A program made the translations under genes and the position numbers. Under the pieces are notes generated by a model. It saw only the letters and a program-made list of their open reading frames with translations, had not been told where the DNA came from and did no database searches. DNA of 63,930 nt, filler included, from Welwitschia mirabilis (Eukaryota), in NCBI GenBank assembly GCA_051453625.1. It is 8 parts of one record of this genome, joined end to end, with 100 filler letters (N's around TTAATTAATTAA, not from the genome) between each part and the next. Parts side by side here need not be neighbours in the genome. Positions count along the whole stretch, not along the records: positions 1 to 24,207 come from JBOZIK010000001.1; 7 more parts are not named here. The stretch is one strand, 5' to 3'. Positions 1-11,700 of the stretch are shown in pieces (position 1 is the first letter of the stretch; each line of letters begins with the position of its first letter).

Positions 1-1805
1 AATAGATTTGATAAATAAAATTTATTCCTTAAAAATTACACCAAAATAACAATACATTTGAAATAAAAACTAACTGTTATCAAATGAATTTGGATGAATG
101 AAAGAGCAAAAAAATAACTGAAATGAAAATATCAAGGGGGAGTACCAGACACAATGATTTATAGTGGTTCAAGAAAATCCCCCTACTTCGCTCTCAGCTA
201 TCAGCTTCAATCCTAAGCTGATTCGGATCCTTATTCCTTTCTTTCCAGGTTTCTGGATCAACCTGCAACCTTTACACATAGACTTTTTAAGGCTAAGTCT
301 CAACCTTTACAGAGCAGAGCTTTTAGTGAGAATAGTGTGCCTAAATGCACTAGCTTAACTAGATTTAAAGTGCAAGCAAAGTGAAAAAACACTGTTTAAA
401 GGGAAAATCACAAGTGCAGGCTCATACAATGCAATATATTACTCTTTGTCCAATGAATATTAATAGTATAAATCTGCTTTCTTCTTTGGAAAAATCAATG
501 CCAAAGATTCCTATTCATTTAGCTTATATAGCAGATAATTTTTGTACCATGAAAGACGAATCTGACACTTCAATGACTGGAAAAAAAACGGTAATGGCTA
601 GAAAATAAACTAAAAAGTTCTATTTTTAGTATGGCCGGTCTACCCCTTGAAACATCCGGTTAACCTGATTGGTTATTGTTACTGAAGTTGGTTAAGCCCA
701 CCTTCTTTTGGTTAACCCGATATCCTTACATCATATAGTCTGGTTGATGACATTTGGTCTAGGTCCAGTCAATCTATTTTGGTCTGATTGGCCCTTTATC
801 AATTTGATTAGACAATTTTTTGTTCAGGTTCGATTGACCCCTTATGGAGTCTGGTCGATCCCTTGTAAACTTTGACAAAAAACTTTAGTTCTAGGTCCTA
901 TCAACCCCTTTGGAATTAGGTTGATCCCTTATTAATTTTATCACTTTTTAGGTTCATGCGGAGCTAGTGAAAAATGTTGGATTACTTCTGATTTGCNNNN
1001 NNNNNNNNNNNNNNNNNNNNNNNNNNNNNNNNNNNNNNNNNNNNNNNNNNNNNNNNNNNNNNNNNNNNNNNNNNNNNNNNNNNNNNNNNNNNNNNNNNNN
1101 NNNNNNNNNNNNNNNNNNNNNNNNNNNNNNNNNNNNNNNNNNNNNNNNNNNNNNNNNNNNNNNNNNNNNNNNNNNNNNNNNNNNNNNNNNNNNNNNNNNN
1201 NNNNNNNNNNNNNNNNNNNNNNNNNNNNNNNNNNNNNNNNNNNNNNNNNNNNNNNNNNNNNNNNNNNNNNNNNNNNNNNNNNNNNNNNNNNNNNNNNNNN
1301 NNNNNNNNNNNNNNNNNNNNNNNNNNNNNNNNNNNNNNNNNNNNNNNNNNNNNNNNNNNNNNNNNNNNNNNNNNNNNNNNNNNNNNNNNNNNNNNNNNNN
1401 NNNNNNNNNNNNNNNNNNNNNNNNNNNNNNNNNNNNNNNNNNNNNNNNNNNNNNNNNNNNNNNNNNNNNNNNNNNNNNNNNNNNNNNNNNNNNNNNNNNN
1501 NNNNNNNNNNNNNNNNNNNNNNNNNNNNNNNNNNNNNNNNNNNNNNNNNNNNNNNNNNNNNNNNNNNNNNNNNNNNNNNNNNNNNNNNNNNNNNNNNNNN
1601 NNNNNNNNGTTCTAGGTCCTATCAACCCCTTTGGAATTAGGTTGATCCCTTATTAATTATATCACTTTTTTGGTTCATGCGGAGCTAGTGAAAAATGTTG
1701 GATTACTTCTGATTTGCAAGGACTTTAACTTACTAAAATGTTTGCACCATATTATAGTACATTCAATATGTCAGTTTCACATCAATTTGGCAATATAACT
1801 TAACA
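1..1805 (-). mobile_element. LTR of a Ty1/copia (SIRE/Maximus-like) family, partial, contains an assembly gap
   Basis: Shares blocks (ATTTATAGTGGTT..CCCCTACT, AACCTTTAC..GACTTTT..AGGCT(T/A)AGTCTCAACCTTT, GGTCGATCCC-type repeats) with the LTRs at 40133-41206, 45602-47143 and, inverted, 25172-25698. Ends ...TAACA at 1805. Confidence 0.7.
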
Positions 1806-1939
1806 TATTTGTCAGAAATCCATTGATGTATGTAAATCTGTTCTCCTTATCAAACTATTTTATATATTGCATATTAAAGGTACACTATTTAGAGAACTTT
1901 GAATTATACAGTACACATTTTTGAAGTTCAAATAGATCC

Positions 1940-4751
1940 TTGTGGGTTATTTTGGAGTCCACTGCCTTTAGGTCAAGGTTTTATTCTATAGCTTGGTATT
2001 AGAGCCATAATCCACAGGTCCCAAGTCTCATATGACAAAGCATGCCAACAAAAAAAAAAAAACGGTGAATCATCATCAAAGCCAAATAAATGTAGAGGAG
2101 GTTATGGTCAAAATGGAAAAAGGTATGATTCCCTCTTTTGATGTTGCTAGTTATGAAGTTTAGAAAATTAGAATGGAATAGTTTTTGAAGGGACAGGGAT
2201 TATGACATCGCACATAAAAAGATACAAATTTCATGATGAAGATTTACAGGCAACAGCATTTAAAAAGGAGGACCTTGCATCCACAAGCGAAGAAGCATTG
2301 ATCTCTTATGGAAGAGGATGAAAATCCCTTCATGGAAGAGGAAGGGGTGTTGGAAGAGGAAGGATGCAAGGGTAACAACATCAAAATCAAGGTAACACCT
2401 CTAATAGATCATATCCTAATAGAGGTAGATTAAGAGGTGTTGACCAAAGAAGAGGAAACCAGTAAAGTAAAGAATCTAGCACCAACCATTATTGCCATTT
2501 ACAAGGTCATTTAATAAGAAATTGTAGGTTCAAGATGAGAGATGAGCAACAACAAGGGTATGTTGTTGAACATGAACAAAAAGAAGATACCCCTGAAACA
2601 ACAAACACTGACTAATTTATTTGGTTGTGTAGCTATCATTGTTCCAAATTTTTCAATGTTTTCCTCATATGAGATGACACAGTTTTTTTGTAGTGGATGT
2701 TCTCATCATATAACAAATTACAAAGATGTTTTCGTGAAATTTTCATAGGTACATTTGGGCATAGTGCCCATTTTGGAGGTAGTGCAAAGGGGCACATAGA
2801 AGGTCATGGGGTAGTTGCATTAAAAGATAAAGATGATAATGATTTTTCAATTAAGGATGTATATTTTATTTTTAATTTACATTACAAATTGATCAGTTTG
2901 AGATAATTGGAACAAAATGGTTTTTGAGGTACTATTCAAAAATTCCAAGTGCATTATTAAGAAAGATAATAAAAGATTGGAAATTCGCAAGTCTTCTAAC
3001 AATTTATACAAAGTTGATTTTTAGAAAGGATTAATTGCTAATGATGAACAATTTTGGGTTTGGCACCATAGGCTTGAGCACATTTCAGGGGATTATATGC
3101 ATTAGATGGTGGACAAGGAACTAGTGAAGGGTATGCCTTCTCTTTCAAAGAGTGATATATATTCTTATAACAAATGCATTAAAGGCAAACATGTTAGAAT
3201 ATCCTTTCCACCTATTGAAAAAAGATGTAGTCAATTGCTTTCATTAGTACATTCAAATATTTATGGTACAATGAAAACAGAAATTCTAAACAGAAGTCTG
3301 TATTACATCATCTTTATTGAGAATCATTCCAGATTTTGCTGTGTTTTTCATGAAACATAAATGGCAGGTCTTGTCATACTTCCAAACATATCAAAACATG
3401 GTGAAAAGACAAACAGGCAATAAGATCAAGACCTTGAGAACAGATAGGGTTAAATTTTATCAGAGAATTTTATATCTCAATAACAAGCATTTTTCAACAG
3501 AGACTTGAGAATGTTGAAGATTGAAACTTCATATAGCTCCGTTCTGTGACTTTTTGCAGCTCCATTCTCAGATGTTTTACAGCTCCACTCTTAGACGTCT
3601 TGGTTTTTCTTGGAAAATGTCAAGAAATTGAGAGATAAAGGAAGAAGCAGACTCCTCTCTCCCAACAAACCAAATTAATGATCTGAAATGCTCTTCGATT
3701 TCTTTACTTCCAAGAATTGAGCCCATGCTAATGCATAGAATTTTGGGTCTTCAAGAAATGAATTTTTGCTCACAACTTATAGATGGCACTGTTCCTTGAG
3801 TTTAAGAACACTGTCTTAATGGATTCAAGATGCAACGCTTGCTGTTAGATTTACGGGCCAAATAAAACTCTTAACAACTAGTTAACTTGAATAAATGAGA
3901 TGGCTTGACATGGATGTGGTTGTGAGAGGGCGCTATTCTGGAAAATATTCTATCTTGAATTGATACTGTGTTGTGGGAAATTGAACGACCAACACAAGTT
4001 GAGAAGAATGACAACCAAGTCAAGACAGTAGGAAGCGAAATCATAGGTATGCCAGGAATATCTGATAGCTTTATGCCACTTCAATATGGCCTATGGTGGT
4101 CCACATAACACATGCCAATTTGAAAATAGCAAGGCACTATTGGAAGCATTACATATAATGGGACCGTTTGGATCCCTTGGTATTTTCTCCTCCATGTTTA
4201 GACCCCTAGAGACCCACGTACATTATGGACCGCAACTTTTATTTTCTTTAAGAATATGGATCCACCTTAGGTTAACATTCCCTGTTTCAACTCCCTTCCC
4301 TTGTTTCAATTCTTTGCCCATCCTTGTATCCCTATGTCAATCCTGCAACCCTATTCGTTCAAACACCTAAGCCTTCTCTTATTTCTGCCTCTCAGCTGTC
4401 AATCCCTATCACTCCTCAAAACATCTTGCTCTTGTTTTAATTTTGGAAACTGCTTTTATATAAAAAGGGTGTGTGAAATAAAAATGACGGCAGCAAGAAC
4501 ATGACTTCATACAGGGAAGAGGGGCAACATGAGAGCACAAAGAGAAGACTAAAGCTTTACAAGAAAGAGGATATGAGAGCGACAAGACATTATGAAAGAA
4601 GTGCATTACCTTACATTTCTCAAGGAGGATTAGATTAATTCAAGCAAGCTTATTTTGATTTCCAAGGGCTTATGATTTCCCTTGATGACATACATGTCCA
4701 AGTTCAATTTTAATGGAGTCCATTGCCTTTAGGTTAAGGTTTTGCCCTACA
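1940..4751 (+). mobile_element. Decayed, internally deleted Ty1/copia retrotransposon
   Basis: tRNA-Met PBS TGGTATTAGAGCC at 1994-2006. Degenerate gag (FDVASYEVxKIRM), zinc knuckle (CHLQGHLIRNC), protease (FCSGCSHHIT), GAG-pre-integrase (WHHRLEHI) and integrase start (LVHSNIYG). The LTR-end block GGAGTCCA(C/T)TGCCTTTAGGT(C/T)AAGGTTTT occurs at ~1954-1982 and ~4715-4743. No RT seen. Confidence 0.8.
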
Positions 4752-5429
4752 GTTTTTATCCACTGAAATGATGTCAAATTCAAAACACTTATTAAACGTA
4801 CATCCTCTTGAAAATACATCCATCATGATCCTTAAACAAATGATTTAATTACACTTAGGATTACATATTACAATAACCAAATAATTTAAATGTTTGAATT
4901 CATGACTTCTTGTATGATGGATGAGTATTCCATTAATTGGATTATGACCTTATTTATTATTCTTATTGAGTAGGGTTTGTTTTCTAGACATTATATAAAT
5001 AACATAATATTTTTTTAGATAGTTTAAATACATAGATAAATGTTTGAGTAAAGTTACTCATGGAAAAATATTTCACTTAAATTTTCTTATTTTTGTTAAA
5101 TTAAATAAAATCGTAACTGAGAAATTAAGATAATCAAAAGATAATATTTTTATTGAAAAGAAAATCTTAAAAAAATGATTCTATTGATGAAAAAATAATT
5201 CTATTGATGCTTGAGAGCACCTTGTTGGAGAATCCAACCAAAATTAAAAGATAATAGTTAAAGGTAACCTTAAATTAAACTTGAAAATTTTAGTGACCAT
5301 ACCTCCTCCTTAGGGGTACAACCACCATAATTGCCCAAATGATTGATTTAATTATCCTTAAGCCTCATAGTATGTCAATTAGGTCGTCCAAAGATTCAAA
5401 ACTTTGACCTTAATACTTGTAAAATCATC

Positions 5430-7338
5430 TTTACTAATGTGAATATCCACTCTAGTTTTGGGATAAAAGAACATCAGTTGCCCATATACCTACAATTCAT
5501 AACATCTTGGTATAAAGCAAAAGAATAAAGATAAATAAAAAAGATCAAGAAGAAGTGAAGAGAGAAATACAAGAGTTGGTAAATAAATAATTAATGTGAC
5601 AATCTCAATTTAATTATTCATATGCATGTTTTATAGTTTGCAGTCACTTTGAAACGAAAAGTAAAAAGCCTAGGACAATCCTTACCTACATTCCTCTAAA
5701 CAATGTTAAGGTTTATATTACATGGTCTCTTGCAAATAAGAAGTAAATAATTTAAAAATTAGTAGAAGAAAAAGATTTATCAAAGTTTGATTATAAATAA
5801 GGATATATCTGCATTGCTAACGAAGATGTTCATAAACTGCATTCTTAACTCCTCAACTACTTTATGAATGCTAGTTATGCCTTTTAGCTTGAAAAATGCT
5901 CCATTCCAATTTTAATGAAGAATGTATATAATCTTTAAATACTATGATCATTTTGGTGCTAATTATGCAAATGAATTTTTAATATTTTCTAATGATATTG
6001 AAAAGCATGTGCTGCATATCATTATTTGCTAATACTTGTAAAAAGCATGGCATTGGTTTATTAGTAGTTGAGAAAAAATTTCAAGTCTATCAAGAAGAAA
6101 TTGAATTTTTAAGTGCTAAACTAGTAAATGGAAATATAATCTACAACCCAAATCTTAGAAAAGATTTCAACATTTCTAGACTATCTAATTAATAAAGAGC
6201 ACTGTTAGTAATTTATAGGTTGCATCAATTCTGTACGTTACCATCTTCTAGATGTATTGAAAAGGACAACTACAATAATGAAAACTATGATAAGCAACCC
6301 TACAAATGGAGTTTAGAGGCTACAAAAGAGAGAAAGAAGCTAAGAAGCTAAAGGCAAAATTTACAAAACTCTTGTCTCTCGAACCAACATTATCAGAACA
6401 CATGTCCTATCCATAGATGCCAATGAGAAATATTGAGCCACTACTTTATTCAAAAAGAAAGATAAACATGATGGGATATGTTCATATGCCTTTGGTACAA
6501 TATGACCAAATGAAGAAAAATGTTGGTTAGTAGAAAAGGAAGTCCTTGCTATCATTAAAGCATGAGCCAAATATCATGAGATCTTAATGGTTTAATAATT
6601 TATTTTACATATAGATTCAATGAACATGATAACATTGTTGAAAAAAAGAATAACAAGTGATCCTAATCTTCAACCTTACATATTGTGCCAATATTATTAG
6701 TACAATATGTATTTCTAGTACACAAAATTCTTAGGAAGTATAGTTTCATACTAAGTTTACTAACAAGGGAGTTTGCACCTACAAGAGTTACAAAAATCAA
6801 GATGATCCTTAGTGAAGATCAACAAGAAAGATTAAATAGCCCTTAGAAGTTTCAGGATGTGAAATTTGCTCATAGCATTATATGTCTTCTGTAGAACCAA
6901 ACAAAGAAATACCAATAGGAACGCCAAAAATTTGAAGAAGAATATCAAGAGGGTTTAAAGATTTATGGAAAGAAGTTACCTAGTGAGTTTATTATTGAAA
7001 GGGAATAGTTTAAAAATAAGCCTTAGAAACCACTTTATGGTCTAATAATCAAGTTAACAGTGCATGGGGGCTTTAGCCTTTTTGGCATTGTGAGCAACTT
7101 TATTTTCTTTTGAAAGTAAATTGGGGCTTTGGCCTTTTTGGCATTGTGAGCAACCTTATTTTCTTTGGAAAGTATATCTAAAAGAAGATCATTGTTTTCA
7201 AATTAGAATCAACTATTGGCCTGTACTACCTGGAAATTATGGAAGCCATATGAAAATTGTGGATGTGAAGAATATTGTGAATACATTCCATACTATATTA
7301 TTGCCATCTTTGATAAGAGAGAAGACCTTGCATTGTAA
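5430..7338 (+). mobile_element. Endogenous caulimovirid (plant pararetrovirus) RT-RNase H region plus downstream coding extension, pseudogenised
   Basis: Frameshifted translation gives DQEEVKREIQELVNK, ACFIVCSHFETKSKKPRTILTYIPLNNV, LSKFDYKxGY, TAFLTPQ..VMPFSLKNAPFQF, CKKHGIGLLVVEKKFQVYQEEIEFL, IDANEKY, ICSYAFG..EKEVLAIIKA and LLTREFA. These match Caulimoviridae RT/RH1 motifs (AFxVxNHxExKRGKPRMVINYKPLN; ICRYASG; LADFLTRE), and no integrase follows. Confidence 0.85.
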
Positions 7339-7340
7339 TT
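7325..7340 (+). repeat. Left target-site duplication of the LINE (ACCTTGCATTGTAATT)
   Basis: 14/16 identical to 14362-14377; both differences are transitions. Abuts the poly(T). Confidence 0.8.
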
Positions 7341-7569
7341 TTTTTTGAAAGAAACAGGATTATATTAAATTAGCAAATTTACATGAGGGAGCAAAAAGGC
7401 CATAACTTGATGGAAAGTAAACCATTTGACAAAAAGAAGATTATTCTACTATAGATGTAGAGATGGACTATAAACAGGGCAAAATTGGGAGTGAAAGTAC
7501 CCTTGGGAATTAGAAGAACTAGTAAAAACTGGAAACTGAACTAGGAAGAAAACCTGAAAGAACTATAGA

Positions 7570-7845
7570 TTAATATCCCTTATAGTGTGGGAAGAGGTTA
7601 CCATGATAATGCTCAAGCAAGAATCGTCCCAGTTCACCTGATAACACCTCGAATGCCTGATTAACGTCCTTGAATTCTGTAGCTCCTACTTTATTCTTTT
7701 CTGGGTGCAGTCTAAGTGCTTTCTTCCGATAGCTAGATTTAATTGCCCACGGTTGAGATCTATGAAAGATCCCTAAGGTCACGAAAGGGCATCTTTTTAA
7801 ACCGTGTATTGTGGCAAGCATAGCCTCTTTTTTTGCAATGTCCAT
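7570..7845 (-). pseudogene. DnaJ/Hsp40 J-domain at the C-terminus of the LINE ORF2 extension
   Basis: CPFVTLGI..SQPWAIKSSYRKKALRLHPEKNKVGATEFKDVNQAFEVLSGELGR follows the J-domain pattern (Y.VLG...IKKAYRKLAL..HPDKN...FK.IN.AYEVLSD..KR), with HPD changed to HPE. No introns. The stop at 7570-7572 is followed by ~220 nt of 3' UTR and poly(A). Confidence 0.85.
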
Positions 7846-8229
7846 GTCTATGTCTTCATGAGTATCATGCTGTCTCTTTTCCGATGAAGAATCCGTGGTG
7901 GAATTCGCCTCCTGGTTGCGACTGGGGCTACTTTCAATTTGAAAGGCCTCTTGAGGATGACCTTGAGGTTGTTCCTTTTGCTCCTAGGGTTTAGTTGGGG
8001 AATTTTCCTAAGATGTCTCTTCTTGCACTAGGGGGCGAATTCACCTTTTCTGTCTAAGATTCTGGGGGCAGAGTCATCACTCTCTGAGAGCGTGAGCTTC
8101 CTGGCTCAACATCCCCCTCAGGATGAAGGGCTTCGTCAGTTATAGATTTCCTTTTTGATTTCCTCTTAGGAAGGGTCTCCTAAGGGTGTTACAAAGGATG
8201 ATGATGAGGAGGGGCCTCTCAAGCTCTAA

Positions 8230-8770
8230 GCTCCTTTGCTGCCCTCCAAAAAGTCATTATTAATCCTAAATGTCATGCTGAGTCTTTGCAGTGTGGTACC
8301 TGGATAAAGAAGTAAGGAAGATTAATCTGTTGTCCTAGGTCCAGAGCTTTGAGAAAAGCAAAGTGCAAGCCTGATAATTTTGAGCAGCAACTAGACTAGA
8401 TGAAAGAACGGTCTATCATTTCGGCTCCTAATCCCCAACGGGGCGGTAACAACTTGTAGTTGATGTGCCCACTAGGCAGTTTTGGGAAACCGCTAGGAAA
8501 AAAAGGGGGTTACTTCCCATTGTCCTTTACTCCTAAGAGGAATTCTTTCACCTATTACTAGGACGTACAAGAGGTGAGAAAGAGAGACTTCTGTGATTTT
8601 GATGAAGATTCTCCTGAAAGTAGTTCTCTTCCCTCTTCATCTTCTGTAGAACAGGGCGATATCGGTCCTTGGTTCTCCTTGGCGCTTATGCAGAAGGGCT
8701 CCTCATCCCAATGCCTACACCTTCTCCCAGAGCTCAAGGCACTCCTTGAACAAACTAGGGTCTGATAGTT
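8230..8770 (-). pseudogene. Domain resembling the plant LTR-retrotransposon extra ORF (Transposase_32/Athila-ORF-like), in frame with LINE ORF2
   Basis: Continues in frame from the zf-RVT WxIxHKxNDMIF motif: WEKVxALGxGALLHK..IALFYRR..IFIKITEVSLSHLL..GE ... LLPPRW..LHFAFLKALDLGQQINLPYFFI..HLGLI. One frameshift in a homopolymer near 8498-8504. Confidence 0.55.
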
Positions 8771-11700
8771 CTATAATAGGAGTTACTCCCATGGCTACTT
8801 TGATTTGTAAGTGATACCGTTTAATTCTCTTTGCTATATTTATTGGAAATGGGAGGTGGGCACTATTGAAAATCATATCATTTCATTTATGCTATATCTA
8901 CCAAAAAGTTAAATGAATCCCATCTTTCTTACATGTTCTATATACATTACAATGCTTGTAATAATTCATCATAATTATCATTAAATCAAAGCTCCACTTG
9001 CATTGATGAAAGAGGTAATTGGTATTTTAATAATAAGGCTGACATATTGTACATGTGGGGTTGACTTGAAAGCCCCTCTTAAGTAACTAATCTCTTGTAA
9101 GGACTCTATCATGTTCCTTCAACTAGTAAAAATCTTAATTTTATTTTGTACTTAATCCTTCTAAAACTTCTAACTAATATGATCTTTCCCATATTTTTTA
9201 ATGATGATCTGCTTGGCCGAATATTCATTACAAATGATCAAATATATCAAGTTTCTTCTAGATTTATAAATATGTTTTCTTAGGTAAGATACCCCCTCTC
9301 TAATGTTCTAATTAGAATACTTGTAATTTATCAAATCACTCCACTACTGCCATCCATTAAAAAGCCTCTCGAGGATTCAATGTGCTCCTATGAGAAGACA
9401 GTCTCTTAGGCTCTAGATACCCTAGNNNNNNNNNNNNNNNNNNNNNNNNNNNNNNNNNNNNNNNNNNNNNNNNNNNNNNNNNNNNNNNNNNNNNNNNNNN
9501 NNNNNNNNNNNNNNNNNNNNNNNNNNNNNNNNNNNNNNNNNNNNNNNNNNNNNNNNNNNNNNNNNNNNNNNNNNNNNNNNNNNNNNNNNNNNNNNNNNNN
9601 NNNNNNNNNNNNNNNNNNNNNNNNNNNNNNNNNNNNNNNNNNNNNNNNNNNNNNNNNNNNNNNNNNNNNNNNNNNNNNNNNNNNNNNNNNNNNNNNNNNN
9701 NNNNNNNNNNNNNNNNNNNNNNNNNNNNNNNNNNNNNNNNNNNNNNNNNNNNNNNNNNNNNNNNNNNNNNNNNNNNNNNNNNNNNNNNNNNNNNNNNNNN
9801 NNNNNNNNNNNNNNNNNNNNNNNNNNNNNNNNNNNNNNNNNNNNNNNNNNNNNNNNNNNNNNNNNNNNNNNNNNNNNNNNNNNNNNNNNNNNNNNNNNNN
9901 NNNNNNNNNNNNNNNNNNNNNNNNNNNNNNNNNNNNNNNNNNNNNNNNNNNNNNNNNNNNNNNNNNNNNNNNNNNNNNNNNNNNNNNNNNNNNNNNNNNN
10001 NNNNNNNNNNNNNNNNNNNNNNNNNNNNNNNNNNNNNNNNNNNNNNNNNNNNNNNNNNNNNNNNNNNACAAGACTGGCAGATCGGACATGCGGAGTCAAC
10101 TTGAAAGCCCCTCTTGAGCAGTTAGTCTCTTGTGAGGATTTTGTTGTATTCCTTCAGCCAGCAAAATATCTTAATTTTTTCCAGTATTTAATCCTTTCAA
10201 AACTTCTTACTAGCGTCACCTTTCCATATTTTTTGATGAGGGTCTGCATCGCCGTGTCTTCATTGTAGATGTTCAAATCTATCAAGTTTTTTCTGGCTTT
10301 GCTGAGATGTTTTCTTAGGTAAGATTCCCCTTCTCCAATGTTCCAATTAGGATACTTGGAGTTTATTAGATCACTCTACAGCTACCTCCCCTCGGAAAGC
10401 CTTTTGAGGACTTGATGTACTCTTGTGGGAAGACAATCTTTTGGCCTTTGGATACCCGAAACTCTGGATTCCTTTAGATGAGCTATAATCTCCCATTTGC
10501 AAAGATGGATGTGGTTTTGGTCTTTATCTTCCAATCAAATAAACTCCTTTAGAAATTTGTTGATTTTTTGGATAATGTTCTTAAGGGGCGCGATAACGAA
10601 AGCGATGTATCTGAAAGAAGAAATTAGGCATGAGTTTGCTATAATGATCTTTGCTTTGGAAGAAAGGAAGTTATTCCACCAGGAATTGCATCATCTCTGG
10701 ATAGATTCTAGAATGTAGTTCCAAGTGAAGGTCTTGTGCTAATTCCATAGGGGGGATTCCGAGGTAGATGTCCTAAAGGTATCCCATTTTGGTGTTTAAT
10801 ATTCCTGTGATTTCTCTCCCTCTGATGATACTTCTATCGATGGTATGAATTTTAGATTTATTCTAATTGATCCGAAGGCTTGTGGCTTCTGCAAAACGAT
10901 TCATGGAGTTCTTAATGACTCTTGCTTGTTGACATGATTCTTTGATCAGATAATTGTATCATCTACATAATGGTTATTAATGAAAGTTTGACCTTCTATC
11001 TTGATGCTAGTTACTTCATTGCTTTTGAGAAATCCCTGTAAGACATGACAAATAGAAAAAGATATGAGAATAAAGGGTCCTCTTGTCTTAATCCTTGACC
11101 TACCAAAAAAGACTTGGATCTATGGCTGTTAACTTCTACTTTAAATTCTGCTGAAGCTTGCATGTCTAACCATAGATTGATGATGTCTTGGTTAAATCCA
11201 ATTTTCATAAGAATACAATCTAAAGCTTGCGAACTAACAAAATGCTATATTTAATTTAACAATAAAAAGGGGAAATTTATGCTTTTTAATAAAATGAATG
11301 ATTTTGTGGGTCATAAGAATTTGGTCCTAAATGTACTTAGAAGCGGAGGAGGAGGGGCAATATGGTCCACCATTATTTTCGCAAAGATCCTATAAAGAAA
11401 GTTGCAAATACCTAACAGTCTAAAGTCATCCGATTTGTTAGCATCCCATTTTTGGGGATGAGTATGTCCCTAGTTTTGTTCATTTCCCTAGGGATGTGTT
11501 TGTTATGTAGAATATCCTACATGATATTATGAAGGTTATTCTCTAATATAGAGAAGTAAGACTTAAAAAAGTTTGACTAGCCAACCGTCTGATCTTGGAG
11601 CTCTATTATTCTTCATTGACCTCACCGCTGACTGAATTTCTTCTCTGCTTAGGGGTTTAGTAAGATGGGCATTTTCTTCATTGGAGATTCTTTTATCTTC

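Noticed and set aside
889-1716. Near-identical direct repeats flanking N gaps (also 40374/40901, 42980/43150, 51423/51586, 56809/56989, 62123/62266)
   Set aside because: Near-perfect overlaps that start or stop exactly at gap edges; unmerged contig ends rather than biology.
7570-7845. Stand-alone host DnaJ gene
   Set aside because: Lies inside the LINE TSDs, continues from upstream decayed coding sequence, and has no introns or promoter context.
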